Source: an uncultured virus (IMG/VR IMGVR_UViG_3300025357_000001)
Taxonomy: Duplodnaviria > Heunggongvirae > Uroviricota > Caudoviricetes
Virus record (IMG/VR): IMGVR_UViG_3300025357_000001
Strand: one strand, 5' to 3'
DNA length: 20,000 bases
Shown here: positions 16,418 to 20,000 of the stretch, piece by piece
How positions within the stretch are numbered: the first letter of the stretch is position 1
Layout of the letters: each line of letters starts with the position of its first letter
Made by a program: the position numbers and the translations under genes
Notes under the pieces: generated by a model
Told to the model about the DNA's origin: nothing
The model's input: the letters and a program-made list of their open reading frames with translations, nothing else
Database searches by the model: none

Positions 16418-17487
16418 CGTGTGTAGTAACTAAAATTAGGTTGGAAGTAAATTGGCGACTTATCGCGATCTTCTTCTTCGGCTTGGGTTCTGAAGTCTAA
16501 TGACCGTTTTTCCAAATAAGTAATTCGATTGGCATCAACTCCGGGCAACTGCAAAGATAATTCATGCGACAATGCTGCTTGAATGTAAGGTATCCAACGA
16601 TTTGGCAAATAGAGTTGATTGGTCAACGCGCCAACATCCATCATTTGTTTTTCAATAATTAATTGAAATATTTGGAAGTCGTTAGATGGCACAGGCCATA
16701 AATACATCTCTGGGTCAATCTGGCGATTAAACCAGTATTGCAAAGAACGTACGGATGGAAACTGTTTGTTCGGTAAGTTCCAGTAATCATCACGGTTTAG
16801 GCGAGCTAAGGGGATGATTTGCTGTGACTGAGCAAACACAATCTGGCGACAAGAAAACGGTGTGCCAGAAGTAGAACGAACACGGTGGAAGTAGTACGGA
16901 ATGGTGATGCTATTGCTAGTGTAGTACCAAGTACGGTCTTGCAATGTCAGCGGTGATGGGAATGTAATTTGTGTTTCCCAAGTAATACCATCATTACTGG
17001 TTTCGTATACTAAATCAGTATAAGTTACTTCACCAAAGTTTGGAGCGTATGCGTTGATGCCAATGTAGTACACGCTAGTCTGTGTGCTGTACTGCGCGCC
17101 AAACCAATTCTCGCCAACAGTGGTAGTACCGTAGTTACTCAGGTTGTTATCAAATACGGTTGGTGATGTTGGATTGTCCGCTGGTAATGCAGTCTCAATT
17201 TGCGGTGTTTGAACATAGACCCAGTTAGCCTCGCGCACATCAATAGTGCCCTCTGGCATTGTGAGGATCTGCTGGTTACTTTGCGCACCCAGAATAATGT
17301 TTTCCAACAACCATAAATTAACGCCGCGATTAGACGTATTCTGCAAAATGTAAAATAGCGCCTGCTTTGCGGCAGTAATATACTCTGGTGTAATTTCTTC
17401 AGATTGTTTGCCTGCCGCACGAAATGCGTAGGAAATTAACTGATCAACATTAACCTTTGTCTGGTTGTATGTATTTGAATAAGCCAC
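16414..17487 (-). CDS. Head-tail connector/adaptor-like protein with an inserted beta-sandwich domain
   Basis: GTG start. N-terminal VDQLISYAFRAAG...A..AL..IL....NRGVNLW and C-terminal LNRDDY..LPNK, YLWPVP, LPNRW...I.AALS.EL patterns. Confidence 0.65.
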   Translation of the reverse strand: MAYSNTYNQTKVNVDQLISYAFRAAGKQSEEITPEYITAAKQALFYILQNTSNRGVNLWLLENIILGAQSNQQILTMPEGTIDVREANWVYVQTPQIETALPADNPTSPTVFDNNLSNYGTTTVGENWFGAQYSTQTSVYYIGINAYAPNFGEVTYTDLVYETSNDGITWETQITFPSPLTLQDRTWYYTSNSITIPYYFHRVRSTSGTPFSCRQIVFAQSQQIIPLARLNRDDYWNLPNKQFPSVRSLQYWFNRQIDPEMYLWPVPSNDFQIFQLIIEKQMMDVGALTNQLYLPNRWIPYIQAALSHELSLQLPGVDANRITYLEKRSLDFRTQAEEEDRDKSPIYFQPNFSYYTR

Positions 17488-17490
17488 GGT

Positions 17491-17679
17491 TTACTTCTTC
17501 CGTTTTGCCATACCACCGCATTTTAACTTAGACAAATCTGTATGCTTTTTCTCATGCAATTGATCATCGTGCATTTTAAATGCCTTTTTGATCATCTGCT
17601 TGTCTTGAGCAACATCTCCGCCCTCTTTATAATGACTGCCTTCGCACATCATTTTAGGGTTTTGTTTAAAGTCTTTCAT
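17491..17679 (-). CDS. Small basic hypothetical protein with xKxGG motifs
   Basis: 62 aa (YKEGGDVAQDKQMIKKAFKMHD.QLH...LKCGG). TAATG coupling. Confidence 0.75.
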   Translation of the reverse strand: MKDFKQNPKMMCEGSHYKEGGDVAQDKQMIKKAFKMHDDQLHEKKHTDLSKLKCGGMAKRKK

Positions 17680-17846
17680 TAGCGTCCTCGTCCGGCGGCT
17701 TTCTTCATTACTTTTTGTGGCAAGTTTGGTTTGGCTTTACCAGCCTTGACAAACTCTTTGCCAACTTTTTTAGGGATGCCTATTGTGGATTTACCAGCGG
17801 CAGCCGCATACATCGCGGCTTGCTGGTCTTTAGATTTGATTGGCAT
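17679..17846 (-). CDS. Small basic hypothetical protein, 55 aa (not in the ORF track)
   Basis: [55 protein letters not shown]. It fills the gap exactly, with TAATG overlaps at both ends. Confidence 0.85.
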   Translation of the reverse strand: MPIKSKDQQAAMYAAAAGKSTIGIPKKVGKEFVKAGKAKPNLPQKVMKKAAGRGR

Positions 17847-18808
17847 TATCTAACTTTTCCGCCACGTTTTTGGCCAATTAATGCTAGATTGTTAAAGTCA
17901 TTCATGTACTTTTTAACACTAGGTTTAGCCAATACGTCGGAAATAAATTTAGGCAATCCAGAAGACTTTGATTTAGGTGCAACATAGCTGCCAGATCCGG
18001 GAATAGATTTATTAAATGCTACTTGATCTGGAGTTACATTACCCCATGAGCTTTCATCATCAATACTACCGCCAGTTTCGCCCATGTCACGGTTATCCAT
18101 CGCTGAATCATCGTTAGGGATGTATGAACCAGAAGCTGGAGTTGTACCTAGAGCATCGTGCATACGAGCAAGGATAAATGGATCAGTACGATCTGCACCG
18201 CCCAACCAAGCTTCTTGTTCTGGGGTAAAGTCAGATGAGCCAGTGGAAGAACCATCGGCCATCTTCTTAGGCTTTTTTGCTGCACCGCCTTTTTTGTATT
18301 TGTTAGGACCACCTTTAGCGCCAGATGGAGCTGCTGCAGCTTTACCAGACTGTTTGCTCTTGATAGTTTTTACTGCATCGCCAGCTGGTTTGCTCTTTTC
18401 TTTTTCTACGTCAGAAGCACGAAATGTTGGCTTGACGGCTGCTTTAGAAGGTGCCTTTGCTTTTGCTGGTTTGATTTCTTTGGTCTTGCGGATGTTGTCT
18501 TTGTCACCAGCAGATTTCTTGGCTTCATAAACATTTTGTACGCCACCACCAGTTTTGTATTTTTTAACTGTGCCAGTAGCTTTTTTGGAACGACCACCTT
18601 TTTTCATGGTCAATGTTGTTTTGTCTTCAACGTCTGGTGTTGTGCCTTTTAAACCAGCAGCTGGTGCTGATTTAGGGCCAGCATCTTTTTTAGATACGGC
18701 TGGTACGCCATGCTTGGCCTTACCGCCTTTTTTCATTACGTTTACTGTACCAACACTGCCGCCTTCTTTGAAGTGCGCCATTTTAGGTAGTGTTTTGAAG
18801 CCTTCCAT
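17846..18808 (-). CDS. Lys-rich low-complexity protein with repeated xKxGG motifs (probable internal virion protein)
   Basis: 320 aa with a very basic N-terminal ~185 aa followed by an acidic segment. GAGGA RBS upstream. Confidence 0.8.
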   Translation of the reverse strand: MEGFKTLPKMAHFKEGGSVGTVNVMKKGGKAKHGVPAVSKKDAGPKSAPAAGLKGTTPDVEDKTTLTMKKGGRSKKATGTVKKYKTGGGVQNVYEAKKSAGDKDNIRKTKEIKPAKAKAPSKAAVKPTFRASDVEKEKSKPAGDAVKTIKSKQSGKAAAAPSGAKGGPNKYKKGGAAKKPKKMADGSSTGSSDFTPEQEAWLGGADRTDPFILARMHDALGTTPASGSYIPNDDSAMDNRDMGETGGSIDDESSWGNVTPDQVAFNKSIPGSGSYVAPKSKSSGLPKFISDVLAKPSVKKYMNDFNNLALIGQKRGGKVR

Positions 18809-18861
18809 TTTGTTTCCTCGAGGTTAATAGGTTGAAAAGGATGATCAGTCCTTATTAATAA

Positions 18862-18891
18862 TAATGCACAATTAGAGGGCAAATCGCCCTA
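18862..18891 (-). promoter_or_regulatory. Candidate phage late promoter TAGGGCG-N16-TGCATTA (copy 2)
   Basis: Minus strand tagggcg-atttgccctctaattg-tgcatta-ttattaa, upstream of the 320-aa gene. Confidence 0.55.
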
Positions 18892-19422
18892 TATATTGGA
18901 TAGAAACAGTTGTCTTTCTATCTTTCTGCGCTTTAATAATTCAGGCGGGTTTGCCCAATTTAGAAAGGCATTTGCTGCTTTTTTAGGCTGTCCTTGGTTG
19001 AGGTATTTCACCACATCTGACTTAGCCATTTTGTCTGGGCCGATGTTATGGCACAGGCTTTGAAGAGCATCTCTTTGAGACTCTGTGATATCCACTTTTA
19101 GAGCCGTTTTAAGGGCTTCTGAGCACTTTTCTAGGTCTTGGCTAAGGATACCCCTTACCTCATCCTCAGAAAGCTCTCTATGGAGCAAATGAGCCTCTTG
19201 AGCCTTAATATAGTGCCCTACTCCAATAGTCCAGTTTCCTTGGCTATCTTGATATGCTTTGGTTCGCATACCCTCAAAATACTCAATGAAACTGACGGTT
19301 GAAGTAGTCACCCACTCAAACTGCTTTTTATAATCGGTGAGCCAATTAGCCATTGGGTCATAATTGGCGGCACTAAACGTCAGACCAAACGCGCAGGCGC
19401 AGGTCGCCATTGTTCTAAGCAT
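18889..19422 (-). CDS. GH24 lysozyme with an N-terminal signal/SAR-like extension
   Basis: FEGMRTKAYQDSQGNWTIGVGH carries the canonical E-8aa-D-5aa-T triad; QRDALQSLCHNIG; L.KRRKIERQLF. AGGAGG RBS. Confidence 0.9.
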   Translation of the reverse strand: MLRTMATCACAFGLTFSAANYDPMANWLTDYKKQFEWVTTSTVSFIEYFEGMRTKAYQDSQGNWTIGVGHYIKAQEAHLLHRELSEDEVRGILSQDLEKCSEALKTALKVDITESQRDALQSLCHNIGPDKMAKSDVVKYLNQGQPKKAANAFLNWANPPELLKRRKIERQLFLSNI

Positions 19423-19438
19423 AGAACCTCCTATTTGC

Positions 19439-19453
19439 TTATTTTAATGCAAA
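19439..19453 (-). promoter_or_regulatory. Partial copy of the late-promoter candidate (TTTGCATTAAAATAA)
   Basis: The TGCATTA box with AT-rich tail lies in the gap between the two lysozyme genes. An upstream GGGC is present but 3 nt closer than in the other copies. Confidence 0.4.
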
Positions 19454-19903
19454 TTAGGCTGCTTTGCCCGATAAAAATAATGTTGCCTCGGCGTGGCGGC
19501 GTTTTAATAGGCCAGCCATCACGTGTCCGCCAGCTTTGTCCCACTTGAGGAACTCTTCTGCGGCGCCATCTAAATCACCCTCGTTGACCTTTTTGAGTAA
19601 AGTAGAATGGTTAAGGTTGCCACAGCCACAGTTAAACGCGAAGTCAACCAGCGCATCAAACTCTTCCTGAGTGATGTCGGTGGTAACGTGCGCATTTACA
19701 TCGGCGGCGGCTTTTTGTACGTCTTGTGCAAGCAGCGCTTCTGCCTGCTCTTTGGTGATCTCTAGCCCCTGATAGACGTCAGGACCAGTGTGGCCATAGC
19801 CAATAGTCCAAGGATCTGCACCAGTGCCGGGATCAGGATAGGCCTGCAAACGGCAGCCTTCAAATTGTTCAGTAAGGTGTAAACCATCTTTTGAGTATTC
19901 CAT
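19454..19903 (-). CDS. GH24 phage lysozyme (endolysin)
   Basis: FEGCRLQAYPDPGTGADPWTIGYGHT, FDALVDFAFNCG, STLLKKVN, W.KAGG.VMAGLLKRR.AEA.LF. Confidence 0.95.
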   Translation of the reverse strand: MEYSKDGLHLTEQFEGCRLQAYPDPGTGADPWTIGYGHTGPDVYQGLEITKEQAEALLAQDVQKAAADVNAHVTTDITQEEFDALVDFAFNCGCGNLNHSTLLKKVNEGDLDGAAEEFLKWDKAGGHVMAGLLKRRHAEATLFLSGKAA

Positions 19904-19998
19904 TATTTAGTCCTTAGTGCGTTATATTTTTGTATAACATCGTTACGTTCTATTTCTGAGACGGAGCATTGCTTTGCAAGCTCGACAAGAACTTCGAC
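19903..19998 (-). CDS. C-terminal end of a probable Rz-like (i-spanin) lysis protein, truncated by the window edge
   Basis: Open frame ...VEVLVELAKQCSVSEIERNDVIQKYNALRTK* ends in a TAATG overlap with the lysozyme ATG. Helical with a Cys. The function is inferred from context only. Confidence 0.45.
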   Translation of the reverse strand, partial: VEVLVELAKQCSVSEIERNDVIQKYNALRTK

Positions 19999-20000
19999 AT

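Noticed and set aside
17180..17215. Additional minus-strand TGCATTA inside the adaptor gene
   Set aside because: It is intragenic and has no GGGCG box at the 16-nt spacing; probably chance.
17715..18827. + strand ORFs antisense to the Lys-rich genes (90, 148 and 90 aa)
   Set aside because: Antisense shadows of low-complexity coding sequence; the whole arm is minus-strand.
1..20000. tRNA, rRNA, integrase, transposase or alternative genetic code
   Set aside because: None seen. Intergenic gaps are too short and all genes read through in the standard code.

Overview
This window is part of a tailed dsDNA phage genome, probably podovirus-like with a Gram-negative host (inferred; it resembles uncultured freshwater phages). 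It has two convergent arms whose stop codons abut at 5813/5814. The + arm (1-5813) is a replication and nucleotide-metabolism module: DUF2815-type ssDNA-binding protein, small Lys-rich protein, APS-kinase-like/HxGH nucleotidyltransferase fusion, DUF2061, class II (B12-dependent) ribonucleotide reductase, DUF1289 and a family A DNA polymerase. The - arm (20000 to 5814) is a late module: spanin-like fragment, two GH24 lysozymes, three small or basic proteins, two adaptor-like proteins, a repeat-domain tail protein, a nozzle-like protein, a GNAT-like protein and four probable internal/ejection proteins, one with a lytic transglycosylase domain and one with a HExxH domain. The most interesting signals are: (1) a recurring hydrophobic-x-x-G-G motif shared by four unrelated late proteins, possibly a virion loading or processing tag; (2) a bipartite late-promoter candidate TAGGGCG-N16-TGCATTA; (3) a 277-aa protein with the domain order of a miniature PAPS synthase; (4) a putative injected metallopeptidase. 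All family assignments come from motif recognition by eye, not from database searches.
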